Shown piece after piece: positions 35,878-47,589 of a DNA stretch of 64,000 nucleotides. The notes under the pieces were generated by a model. It was not told the origin of the DNA, ran no database searches, and was given only the letters and a program-made list of their open reading frames with translations. Origin of the DNA: Mobula hypostoma (taxonomy: Eukaryota); NCBI RefSeq assembly GCF_963921235.1, contig NC_086097.1, positions 218,862,001 through 218,926,000 of the forward strand, in the 5' to 3' direction. The first letter of the stretch is position 1. Each line of letters begins with the position of its first letter. The position numbers and the translations under genes were made by a program.

Positions 35878-38560
35878 TCTCCCTTCAGAGAAATGGGAGA
35901 GCATTTTGGAGATAGTGATCACAATTCTATCCCCTTTACCATAGCATTGAAGAGGGATAGGAACAGACAAGTTATGAAAGTGTTTAATTGTAGTAAAGGG
36001 AAGTATGAAGCTATCAGCCATAAATTGGGAACAAATGCTGTCAGGGAAATGTACGGCAGAAGTGTGGTAAATGTTAGATTAGATTATAAGGACACGCAGT
36101 CCTCTTTTATTGTCATTTAGTAATGCATGCATTAAGAAATGATACAATATTCCTCCGGTGTGATATCACAGAAACACAGGACAGACCAAGACTGAAAAAC
36201 TAACAAAAACCACATAATTATAACATATAGTTATAACGGTGCAACAATACCATCACCTGATGAAGAACAGGCCATGGCACAGTAAAAAAAGTTCAAAATC
36301 TCTCAAAAGTCCCACATCTCACGCAGACGGGAGAAGGAAGAAAACTCTCCCTGCCATGCCCAACCACAGTCCGACTCTGAGTTGTCCGAAAACTTTGAGC
36401 TCTGATCAGCCCTCCAACACTGAGTACCGAGCGCCATCTCTGCCGAATGCTTCGACCTCAGCCTCGGTCGCCAGCAGCAGGCAAAGCCGGAGATTTTGCA
36501 GCCTTCCGTCCGGAGATGCTTGATCGCACAGCAGCGAACCGGGCATTTCAGAAATTTCTCCAGATGTTCGTCTGTGCCTTCTCACGTCTGTCTCCATCAA
36601 ATCAGAATTGTGCACGGTACCCTATTTAACAAATATGATATCATTTCACTGGAGAGCTGCGTACGCTGCGTCACGCCCCCATCTTCTCCTCCCGCCAGTG
36701 TTGCTTGGTGTTCTGCATAGGTACATTCCAGTGAGACAGAGAAAGGATTGTTGAGTACAGGAACCGTAGTGTACAAAAGCTGTTGAAAGTATAGTCAAGA
36801 AGAAAAGAAAAGCTTACGAAAGGTTCAAAAAACTAGGTAACGAGATCTAGAAGATTATAAGACTAGCAGGAACAAGCTTAAGAATGAAATTAGGAGAGCC
36901 AGAAGGGGCCATGAGAAAGTCTTGGTGAGCAGGATTAAGGAAAATCTCAAGGCATTCTACAAGTATGTGAAAAGCAAGAGGTTAAGACGTGAGGGAATAG
37001 GACCAATCAAGGTGATAGTGGAAAAGTGTGTATAGAACCAGAGGAGATAGCAGAGATACTTAATGAATACTTTGCTTCAGTATTCACTACGGAAAAGGAT
37101 CTTGGTGATCGTAGGGATGACTTACAGTGGATTGAAAAGCTTGAGCATATAGACATTAAGAAAGAGGATGTGCTGGAGCTTTTGGAAAGCATCAAGTTGG
37201 GTAAGTCTCGGGGACTAGATGAGATGTACCCCAGGCTACTGTGGGAGGCAAGGGAGGAGATTGCTGAGCCTCTGGCAATGATCTTTGCATTATAAATGGG
37301 GATGGGAGAAGTTCCGGAAGATTGGAGGGTTGCAGATGTTGTTCCCTTATTCAAGAAAGGGAGTAGAGATAGCCAGGAAATTATAGACCAGTGAGCCTTA
37401 CGTCAGTGGTTGGTAAGTTGATGGAGAAGATCCTGAGAGGCAGAATTCATTAACATTTGGAGAGGCATAGTAGTCAACATGGCTTTGTCAAAGGCAGGTC
37501 GTGCCTTATGAGCCTGATTGAATTTTTTGAAGATGTGACTGAATACATTGATGAAGTAGATGTAGTGTATACGGATTTCAGCAACGCATTTGATCAGGTA
37601 CCCTAAGCAAGGCTTATTGAGAAAGTAAGGAGGCATGGGATCCAAGGGGACAATGCTTTGTGGATCCAGAACTGGCTTGCTCACAGAAGGCAAAGAGTGG
37701 CTGTAAATGGGTCATATTCTGCATGGAGGTCGGTGACCAGTGGTGTGCCTCAGGGATCTATTCTAGGACCCCTTCTGTTCGTGTGAGGTGGTTCATTTTG
37801 GTAGGTCAAATATGATGACAGAATATGTATTAATGATAAGACTCTTGGCAGTGTAGATATTCAGAGGGATCTTGGGGTCAGAGTCCATAGGACACTCAAA
37901 GCTGCTGAAGAGGTTGACTCTGTGGTTAGGAAGGCATACAGTATATTGACCTTCATCAACCGTGAGTCTGAGTTTAAGAGCCGAGAGGTAATGTTACAGC
38001 TATATAGAACCCTGGTCAGACCCACTTGGAGTACTGTGCTCAGTTCTGGTCACCTCACTACAGGAAAGATGTGGAAACTATAGAAATGGTGCAGAGAAGA
38101 TCTGCAAAGATATTGCCTGGATTGGGGAGCATGCCTTTGGAAATATGTTGAGTGAACTCAGCCTTTTCTCCTTGGAGCAACGGAGGATGAGAGGTGACCT
38201 GATGGAGGTGTATAAGATGATGAGAGGCATTGATCGTGTGGCTAGTCAGAGGCTTTTTCCCAGGGCTGAAATGGGTAACACGAGAGGGTACAGTTTTAAG
38301 GTGCTTGGAAGTAGGTACAGAGAAGATGTCAGGGGCAAGTTTTTTTTACGCAGAGGGTGGTGAGTGCATGGAATGGGCTGCCGGTGATTGTGGTGGAGGC
38401 AGATACAATAGGGTCTTTTGAGAGACTCCTGGATAGATACATGGAGCTTAGAAAAATAGAAGGCTATGGGTAACCTTAGGTAATTTCTAAGTAAGTACAT
38501 GTTCAGCACAGCATTGTGGGCCGAAGGGCCTGTATTGCGCTGTAGGTTTTCTATGTTTCT
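35878..38560 (+). mobile_element. Nested CR1 ORF2 of a second subfamily
   Basis: EHFGDSDHNSI; ILNEYFASVFT; RMRGDLMEVYKMMRG. Tail ttctatgtttct. Confidence 0.85.
36075..36696 (-). mobile_element. Non-autonomous non-coding retroposon (~620 bp)
   Basis: Interrupts CR1 ORF2. Minus strand starts GGCGGGAGGAGAAGATGG with a CpG-rich 5' half and ends AATAAAA...ataatctaatcta. Confidence 0.65.
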
Positions 38561-38573
38561 GTTAAGACTGTGA

Positions 38574-38790
38574 GGCTGGCTGGTGGTGTAGTGGCATCAG
38601 TGCCGGACTTCGGAGCGAAGGCTCCCGAGTTTGAATCCAGCCAGCTCCCTTGCACGCTTTCCATCTGTGCTGGGTTGAGCGTCAAGCTCGCAACTCGGCC
38701 TCGTAAAAATAAGAAAGCCTGCTAAAAAAAAATGTCGTCACGACATCGTCCCGATGACTCCACATGGAGTTAAGGGCTTCCTAAGTAAAA
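38574..38790 (+). mobile_element. tRNA-derived SINE with ~13-bp TSD
   Basis: A-box TGGTGTAGTGG, B-box GAGTTTGAATCC. TGTTAAGACT(G/A)TG at 38560-38572 and 38791-38803. Confidence 0.85.
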
Positions 38791-38841
38791 TGTTAAGACT
38801 ATGGCGAGGAAGGCAAATGCAATGTTAGCATTCATTTGAAG

Positions 38842-38921
38842 AGCTGCCTAGCCTGCTGAGTTCCTCCAGCATTTTGTGAGTATTGCTTGGATTTCAAGCA
38901 TCTGCAGATTTTCTTTTGTTT
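38842..38921 (+). mobile_element. 80-bp Penelope tail-only insertion with imperfect TSD
   Basis: gctgcctagcctgctgagttcctccagc...gcatctgcagattttcttttgttt, flanked by ATTCATTT(G/C)AAG at 38830-38841 and 38922-38933. Confidence 0.75.
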
Positions 38922-39519
38922 ATTCATTTCAAGTGGACTACAATTGGCAAGGATATAATGTTCAGTGTTTATAAGGCACTGGTGAGGCCTCACTTGGAGT
39001 ATTGTGACCAACTTTGGGCCCTTTATCGTAGAAAGGATGTGATGAAACTGGGGAGGGTTCAAAGGAGGTTCACCAAAATGATTCAGGGATTGAATGGCTT
39101 GTCATATGAAGAGCGGTTGATAGCCAGAATTCAAAAGAATGAGGGGTGACCTCATTGAAATCTATTAAATGGTAAAAGGCCTTGTTGAGTGAATGTGGGC
39201 AGGATGTTGTGGGGAGTCTAAGACCTGAGGGCACAGTCTCAGAATAGAGTGTGTCCTTTTAGAACAGAGGTGAGGAGGAATTTCTTTGACCAGAGGGTGG
39301 TCAATCTGTGGAGTTCTTTGCCAAATGTGGCCGTGGAGGCCAAGTGTTATGTATATTTAAGGAGGAGGATGATAGATTGTTGATTGGTTGGGGCATGAAA
39401 AGATACAGGGAGAAGGCAGGAGATTGTGACTGAGAGGACCATTGGATCAGCCATGATGAAATGGCAAAGTAGACATGATGGGCCAAATGGCCTAATTCTG
39501 CTCCTATATCTTATGGTCT

Positions 39520-40120
39520 AGTGGGAAGTGGTGGAGTTGGGAAACAGTTGTTGGTGGGTGAAGGCCATTGGTAGAAAGAGAAGAAACAAACAAGTAAATT
39601 GAGCCGGATTGTGAATGGAGTGGGTCACAGCAGAGGCAGAGGCTCATACGTGATAAGTGGAAGCTGAAGGCAGAGGAGAGAGGAATGACGGGCAAATGGA
39701 GTCAGTTGTGGTAGGGTATAGGAAACCAGTAGATCGTGTGTGGGTCATAGGTTGACAAAACTAGTTGGGGAATGGAAAAAATGGGATGATGAGGGCTGGA
39801 GGAGCAGGTCCATAGCGAGAACAGGGGAAGAGCAGAAGAAGAGAGAGAAAATACAGCAGGTAATTCAATATTCATAGCTTTGGGTTGTAGATTATCTGGG
39901 TTGGAATGTGGGGTGTTGTTCTAGCTTGTGTTTGGCTTTTACCTGACAGACTGAGCACAGGCCTTCTGCAAAACATTCACCCAGTCTGCAGTTGGCCTTA
40001 CCAAAGTTAAGGAGGCCACATCAGGAACACTGAGTGCTGTAGATGAGGTTGGAGAAGGTCCGTGTGAACTTTTCCCTCAATTGGAAGGGCTATTTAGGGC
40101 CCTGGAGTATGGTGAGGAAG
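39520..40120 (-). mobile_element. Old Penelope-like GIY-YIG/3' UTR fragment
   Basis: aattcaatattcata and cccagtctgcagttggccttaccaaagttaaggaggccaca align with 4660-4990. Confidence 0.65.
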
Positions 40121-40462
40121 AAGAGTAGCGTAGGGGAACATATTCAAAAGTTGTTTCTGAGAGGCTGTTATACATGAATGGTGAAAAGTTGGAGAGCAAA
40201 TCAGAAAATCTGAGAGAAATTTAATATCAGTACTTAATAAAATGCTGAAGCGTAAGGACACATACTTGCCTCATTTGTGTTCTGGATTATAAGAAAGCAT
40301 ATGAAGAAAAGAGAAGTTTGAAAGGACATTTTGCTTCAACATCATAATCAACTTGTTTCATCGATATCCAGGGTTCCTGGTACCTGTTGTCCTTAAAATA
40401 TAATGGCACTGAACTCTTGTTATTTCATTTTTGAAAGTTTCCACTGTTAAGATGTAGACTTA

Positions 40463-41152
40463 AGGCCAACTTATACTTCTGCGTCAAATCTACGCCGTAG
40501 ATATGGCGTCGCCGCGTACCCTATGCACGCCTGACGCACGCCTCCCCAAAAATGTAACTACGTGTCACAGCGACGCAGACCGCAACAACTGTGATTGGTC
40601 CACCTGGTAGCATCGCATTTCCTCCTACGTTGCAATAGCTTCCCATTGGCCGACTGAAGGGCAGGGAAGGAACCCTGGCTGCAATGCTTTCCGTAAAGCT
40701 TTACAGACCTCCGAAATTATGGAGGACCCTGTGCTTGATGCCAGTTTGTAGCTAGCTGCTATAGCCTGTTGACTTCCACCTGAAGCTAAAACTCGAATGG
40801 TGATTGCCGGTCTCTGAGTATACTGTGCGTACACTGATGCAAAATAAATGGTTGGAGACGATGAACCAAATCGTCAAATCCACCTGCCGACATCCGAAAA
40901 TATTTGAAATGCATTTCCTCGTCCATGTCTCTCAGTGGCCAGACAAGCACAGAAAATTCACCCTCTTTCAGTTTCAGTCGCCATTGTTTGAAATTCAACA
41001 CAGTGGCATAGAAACCCCACCGCCAACTAACGTTTTGGCAGTGAATTGCAGACCGACGCAGACACCAATACACAAGTATAAATACTCACAATGGCATAGG
41101 CCACTTGCGTAGGTTACGGCATAGGCTACTATGCAGAAGTATAAATCAGCCT
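40463..41152 (-). mobile_element. PIF/Harbinger deletion derivative (690 bp)
   Basis: TIRs AGGCCAACTTATACTTCTGC / GCAGAAGTATAAATCAGCCT with a TTA TSD on both sides. Transposase N-terminal remnant [15 protein letters not shown]...[13 protein letters not shown]...[11 protein letters not shown]. Confidence 0.9.
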
Positions 41153-41159
41153 TTACCTG

Positions 41160-42260
41160 CAAGTAGATGTTCCCACACTATCTTTGTCAGGTTCTATTTC
41201 ACGGAAATAGTCTTGCCCCCAATTTAAGACCTTCATTCTTGGTCAATCCCATTTTTCTTTGCATTACCTCTTTGAAATATGCAGAATCTGCATCTCCAAA
41301 ATACTCCCTCAATGATACTTCATCCATTTGACCCCTAAGACAAGGTCAAGTCATGCTCCTCCACTCATTGGATCATCAACATACTGTGTCAAAAAGCTCT
41401 CCAGGGATATACCTCAAAATATCCACCCCCTGAACCTTTAATGCATGCGTAATCCCAGTTATAACTTGGGAAATTGAGTTCCTTAGTGCTTTAATCTTGT
41501 TATTATACCTCTCTGCTACTTGCCAACATATATGTTGCTCTATCTCCTAACAGTCTACAATTTACCTCCAGCAAACAGATAACAGCCTTTTCGTTTCTAA
41601 TCTCTACCCACATGGCCTCATTTGAGTCTTCTAGAACATATACCACACTGCACCCCTTACTGAAGTAATGCATTCTTTTACTAACAGTGCAATCCCACTT
41701 CTTCTTCTGCATTCCCTGCATTTTGTCTGAAAATTCTTAACATAAGATACCAAGTTGTCAGTCCTGCCTATCTTTGAACCACATTTCAGTGATGGTAACA
41801 ATAATGTGTTAATTAAACCTTTGAGCTCATCTAGCTTACTAGTGAGATTCAGTATCTTAAAATAGATGCAGTTTAGCTTTGTGTTCTCCACATGTGCATT
41901 AACCCTTCTGATTGGTCTATTAGGCCTAATGGCCTTTTCTCATCGAGATGTATGCACCTCCCCATCTAAACCTCAACAATGAACCCCTTTTCCCCTGTCA
42001 ATTCAGTTTAAACCTTCTCAATAGCACCAGAAAACTTCTCCACTGGATTGTTGATCTTGTTCTGATTTAGGTGCAACTCAATCCACTTGGACAGGTTCCA
42101 CCTTCCACAGAAATGGTCCTGATGATTCAGGAACCTAAAGTTAGTCCTTTGCATCATTCCTTAGCCTTCTTCTGACATCCTCTTCTATCCCTATGCTTAC
42201 CAGTTCATGGTAGCAAAAGCAATGCAGAAGTTAGTCCCTTTGAGGTCCTGATCTTTAAAT
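41160..42260 (-). mobile_element. Old CR1 fragment (ORF1 end + endonuclease)
   Basis: KLNCIYFK...KLDELK; EAMWVEIRNEK. Confidence 0.65.
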
Positions 42261-42479
42261 GGCCAGTTAGCTGTCTAACCACATGTTGCAGAACCTCTTC
42301 CCTTCCCTTCCCTTCCCATTGCAATTAGTGTTAATGACAGTAAAATCTTTTGGTATGTCCTGTAGCCTCAGTGCGACATGCTTTATCCTGGGAGCAGGGA
42401 GGTTGTACTGTGTTGGGCCTCATTGTGATGGTGCAGGAGCCGTAGACAGGTTGGAGTGTGAACAGATGAGGAAATAAAA

Positions 42480-43030
42480 TAGCAATCCAAAGTGTACAAT
42501 CACTGCTGAGCTCTGAATGCAAGTTCTCTGTAAAGCATTAATCCAATTCTTCAATGTAGAAGAGACCACATTATTAACACTGAAAGCAGTATGCTTGGTT
42601 TGGTGGTTTCCAAGATGACTCATCAGGTGAAAAGTGGCTGAAATAGTGGGCTAGTGTGTAGTTTGTGATGTGTTGGTGTTCCACCTGCTTCTTCAGGCTT
42701 CCATGTACTCCCAATACATGGTCTCAAATGCTTTTCCACTTCCACTTTGAATGGTCATGGGATAGAGCTTTCCAGAAGTCAGTAGGAATGCTGCACTTCG
42801 TAAGAAAGCTTTGATCACATCCTTGATTCTTTTTCTCTGTTCACCCAGTAACTGTTGCCCCAGACTGAGCTTGGAATTGAGCATTTTAGGATTCTGGTGT
42901 TGGGCATGTGGACAATGTAGCCAGTGTTGTTCATGGCTAAGGATATTAATATTGGTCATTTTGGCAAATTTGGACAATTTTATAGAGATGGCATTGATGG
43001 AAAATTTCCAATGTTTGGAGATGCTTGCTG
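42480..43030 (-). mobile_element. RTE-like LINE C-terminal fragment
   Basis: LGEQRKRIKDVIKAFL resembles the RTE G..R..KR.KD..K..L motif. Confidence 0.55.
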
Positions 43031-43146
43031 TAGGATAATCAATGAATCAGCAGTGTATAGGAGGGGAGGATTAGCCTTTAGAGATATGATTGCGTTGCTA
43101 TATTCCCAAATATCTCCACTGCATATTTAACTAAATCCAAATCAGT

Positions 43147-45820
43147 AAGACCAGAAGACAGAGTAGCAGAATTAGGCCATTCAACCCAACGAGTCTGCTC
43201 CCCCATTCCATCATGGCTAATCCCGGATCTCGCTCAACCCCATACACCTGCCTTCTCACCATATCCTTTGATGCCCTGACTGACCAGGAAACTATCAACT
43301 TCTGCCTTAACTATACCCACAGACTTGGCTTCCGCCGCAGTCTGAGGCAGGGTATTCCACAGATTCACTACTCTCTGGCGAAAAGAAATTCCTCCTTACC
43401 TCTGTTCTAAAAGGTCGCCTTTTAATTTTGAGTTTGTGTCCTCTAGTTCTGGATACCCCCAACAGAGGAAACATCCTCTCCATATCCACCCTATCTGGTC
43501 CTTTCAACATTTGGTAGGTTTCAAAGAGATCCCCCTGCATTCTCTAAATTCCAGCGAGTATAGGCCCAAAGCTGCCAAACACTCCTATATGTTAACCCCT
43601 TCTTTCCCGGAATCATCCTTGTGAACCTCCTCTGTTCTCCCTCTAATGATAACACATCCTTCTAAGAGATGGGGCCCAAAACTGTTGACAATACACCAAG
43701 TGCAACCTGACTAGTGCCTTATAAAGTCTCAGCACTATCTCCTTGCTTTTATATTCTATTTGCCTTGAAATAAATGCCAACATTACATTTGCCTTCTTTA
43801 CCACAGACTCACCTGTAAATAAACCTTCTGGCAGTCTTGCATGAAGACTCCTAAGTCCCTCTGCACCTCTTATGTTTGAACCTTCTCCCCATTTAGATAA
43901 CACTTCTATTTTGTTCTTTTTACCAAAATGCGTTATTATACATTTCCCAGCACTGTATTCCATCTGCCACTTTATTGCCCATTCTTCCAATTTGTCTAAG
44001 TCCTGCTGCCATCGCATTGCTTCCTCAGCACTACCTACCCCTCCACTTATCTTTGTATCATCCGCAAACTTTGCCATGAAGCCATCAATTCTATTATGTA
44101 AATCATTGACAAACAATGTGAAAAATAGCGGTCCCAATACCATCCCCTGAGGAACACCACTAGTCACTGGCAGCCAACCAGAAAAGGGCCCTCTATTCCC
44201 ACTCACTGCCTCTTGCCTGTCAGCCATTCCTCTATCTATGCCAGTATCTTTCCTGTGATGCCATAGGATTCTATCTTGTTAAGCAGCCTCATGTGGCACC
44301 TTATCAAATGCCTTCTGAAAATCCAAGGAAACGACATCTAGTGTCTTTCCTTTGTCCACCCTGCTTGTTACTTCCTTGAAGAACTCTAACAGATTTGTCA
44401 GGCAAGATTTTCCTCAACAGAAACCATATTGACTTTGACTTATTTTATCATTAGTCTCCAAGTACCCCGAAACCTTATTCTTAATAATAAACTCCAACAC
44501 TCTCCCAACCGCTGAGGTTAGGCTAACTGGCCTATAATTTCCTTTCCTTTGTCTTCCTCCCTTCTTAAAGGGCGTAGTGACATTTACAATTTTCCAGTCC
44601 ACCGGAACCATGCCAGAATCAAGTGATTCTTGAAAGATCATAGCTAATGCCTCTGCAATCTCTTCTTCAGAACTCTGGGATGTAGTCCATCTGGTTCAGG
44701 TGACTTAGCCACCTGCAGACCTTTCAGTCTGCCTAGCACTTTGTACTTTGTAATAGCAATGGCCCTCACTCCTGCTCCCTGACACTCATGGACCTCTGGC
44801 ACACTGCTAGTGTCTTCCACAGTGAAGACTGATACAAAATACCCATTAAATTTATCTGCCGTTTCCTTCCCCTCCATTACTACCTCACCAGTATTATTTT
44901 CCAGTGGTCCAATAGCAACTCTCAACTCCTTTTACTCTTCATGTAACTGAAAAAAACTTTTAGTATCCCGCTTTATATTATTGGCTAGATTGCCCTCATA
45001 TTTCATCTTTTCCCTTCTTATAGCTTTTTTAGTTGTCTTTTGTTGGATTTTAAAAGCTTCCTAATCATCCAACTTCCCACTCACTTTTGCTACCTTATAT
45101 ACCCTTTCCATAGCTTTTATGCAGTCCTTAACTTCCTTTGTCAGCCACAGTGGCCTACCCCTGCCATTTGAAAACAACTTCTTCTGTGGGACATATCTAT
45201 CCTATTGAACTATTTCCAGAAACTTCAGCCATCTCTGCTCTGCCGTCATCCCCACCAGTATCCTCTTCCAATCCACCTGAGCAAGCTCCTCTCTCATGCC
45301 TGTGTAATTCTCTTTATTCCATTGCAATACTAATACACGTGACTTGTGCTTCTCCCTCTCAAATTGCAGTATGAATTCAGTCATATTATGATAACTGCCT
45401 CCTAAGGGTTCTTTTATATTAAGCTCCATAATAAGATCTGGGTTATTACACAATACCCAGTCTAAGATAACCTTTCCCTGTGTAGGCTCAAGCATAAGCT
45501 GCTCCAAAAATAAACCAAATCTTGGCATTCAACAAATTTCCTCTCTTGCAATCGGACACCAACTTGATTTTCCCAATACCCTCACATATTGAAGTCCCCT
45601 ATTACAATTGTGACGTTACCCTTATTACAAGCCTTTTCCCTTTGGAATCTCAACCAGACATCCTGCAGCTCCAATTCTCTTACACGATGTCTAAGGTGCT
45701 GCATCTCGATGCACCTGGTGCAGATGTGGCCATTGGAGAGGCTGGTAGTTTCCCGGAAATCCCATATCTGATATCCAGAACAGAACACTGGCTCTGCAGA
45801 CATACCCCCTAATATGGTGA
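43147..45820 (-). mobile_element. CR1 LINE with internal deletion
   Basis: RT SGVPQGMVLGPLFFTLFVNDL...AKFADDTK, GNYRPVSLTS. At the 5' end the ORF1 zinc-finger remnant is fused to endonuclease IVIGDFN. Confidence 0.9.
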
Positions 45821-45907
45821 ATTTAGCAAGTTAATGAAAATAATCAATTCCAGGATGATCCTAAGAACTTTTAAAACTTCAAGTTGTTGCTATTATCTCA
45901 TGTCTAA

Positions 45908-46172
45908 TGGTAGTGTAGTGGTTAGCACAATGCTCTACAGTACGGGTGACCTGGGTTCAGTTCCTGCCGCTGCCTCGAAGGAATTGTACATTCTCCCTGT
46001 GTCTGTGTGGGTTTCCTCTGGGTGCTTTGGTTTCTTCCCACAGTGCAAAGATAGGTTGATTGGTCATTATAAATTGTCCCGTGATTAGGCTCGGTTTAAA
46101 TCGAGGTTGGCTGGTTGGGCGCAGCTCGAAGGGCTGGAAAAGCTTGCTCCATACTGTATCTCAATAAATAAA
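45908..46172 (+). mobile_element. V-SINE (HE1-like)
   Basis: tRNA head (gtgtagtggttagc...gggttcagttcc), V-domain-like ttctccctgtgtctgtgtgggtttcctctgggtgc, tail tcaataaataaa. Confidence 0.8.
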
Positions 46173-47589
46173 CAAAAACTTGGCTTATTAATAGTTCTTT
46201 GCTCATTTATGACCCATTAGGTGTATTGCAATTTGAAAAAGGTTTTTTTAAAAAAGTTATTGAGATTTCCTGTTCCTTTGAACAATGTTGTAGAAACCTT
46301 GAGATTAAATTTTGCTGCAATTTCCATAGTTTCTAAATCACATTGCTAATGGGGTAATGGCATAGAAGCCATCTCCCAGAATGAATGCTGGGAATAAAGT
46401 CACTTATCTTAGCACAGCAAATAATGGGTGGTTAAAACGTAAGAGATCAATTTTCATCATCAGATGTATAGAAAATCGGCAGGAGCTCAGTGGGATGGGA
46501 TTACTGCAACTGAAGGTTTGAATTAGCCGAATAATTTCATGAGCTGTACCTTGGATTGACATTTCTGCATTACCAGTTACAACATAGGCTACTGTTGTCA
46601 CATAATCTTGCATAGATAGTCACAAACACTGCTGGTGAAATAAAAGTTGAAAATACCGGAAACATTCAGCAGGTCAGATGGCCTAAGTGGAAAGCAAAAT
46701 TAGCTGATGTTTTTAGTACAGGTCCCTTCATTAGAACTGCCTGTGAAGTTTTTTTGTGATTATTGAATAGTTCAGTGTTGTGATGATGAGGGTGTCGAGC
46801 AACATTTGACAGCATTATGGCCTATATTTTGTAAATCTTATACTCTCTTCAGTTTCCCAAGATATCTTTTGTGGAAGTTAGAGTGACTGGATTATAACTG
46901 ATCAACTATATTTCTTTGTCAGGTTGGAATGAGCCAGAGGCAAAAAATTACATTGACCTTTCTTGCAGCAGGCAATTTGATGTTTGCTTAGCTTTGGGGG
47001 ATTGCTCCAGTGTGTATCTCTCTTGGTGTCTCAGTGGAAGACTGAAGCCTCTACATACATTATTCTTTAATTCAGTACAGGACAATTGATCAGACTGTAT
47101 GCTTGTTTGGAAGAATAGAAACTGAATTAACTGATTTCTTCATGGGCCACCAAAAATATTACTATTTCTCATCTCTTCAAAAATAACACCGTGGGATTGC
47201 TGGATAGACTCTGGAAGAGAAAGAGGCTCAGCTTTTTGGAAGTAACCCTGGTTGTCTGTTGAACAATTGGAAACCCCACTGAATTCCAACTTTATTGCAT
47301 TCTGTTGACAACTCACTTGCTGAAGCTAACAATGAATTTAAACTCACTTCCAATGGTGGAACTTCTTGAATTCAACATTACCAGTTAATTGGCTTTGTGT
47401 TTTCTACTATCTGTTCATAAGTTGAGCAATTGTGGCATCAGAACGATTCTATCAATGTTACTTTCATGTTTTAAAAAGTAGTTTTATGCATCTGGATATA
47501 TGTCCTCATAAGGGGCAATTTTTGACGTAAATTTTTTGAGCGTCCACTTAAACCAGCAGAAATAGTCTATACTGACAGCCATTCACAAA

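Larger units (their letters stand above)
30270..39519 (+). mobile_element. Near full-length decayed CR1 LINE hosting several nested insertions
   Basis: ORF1 zinc finger (SSCGMWE...YNCEKC) and SGNH-esterase remnants (VVIGD, VHVGT, VVISGLLP). APE endonuclease (DARSIWIKVDEL, VGITESWL), RT (QHGFLKGKSCLTNMLEFFEE, VYLDFQKAFDKV). Tail atcttatggtct at ~39519. Confidence 0.9.
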
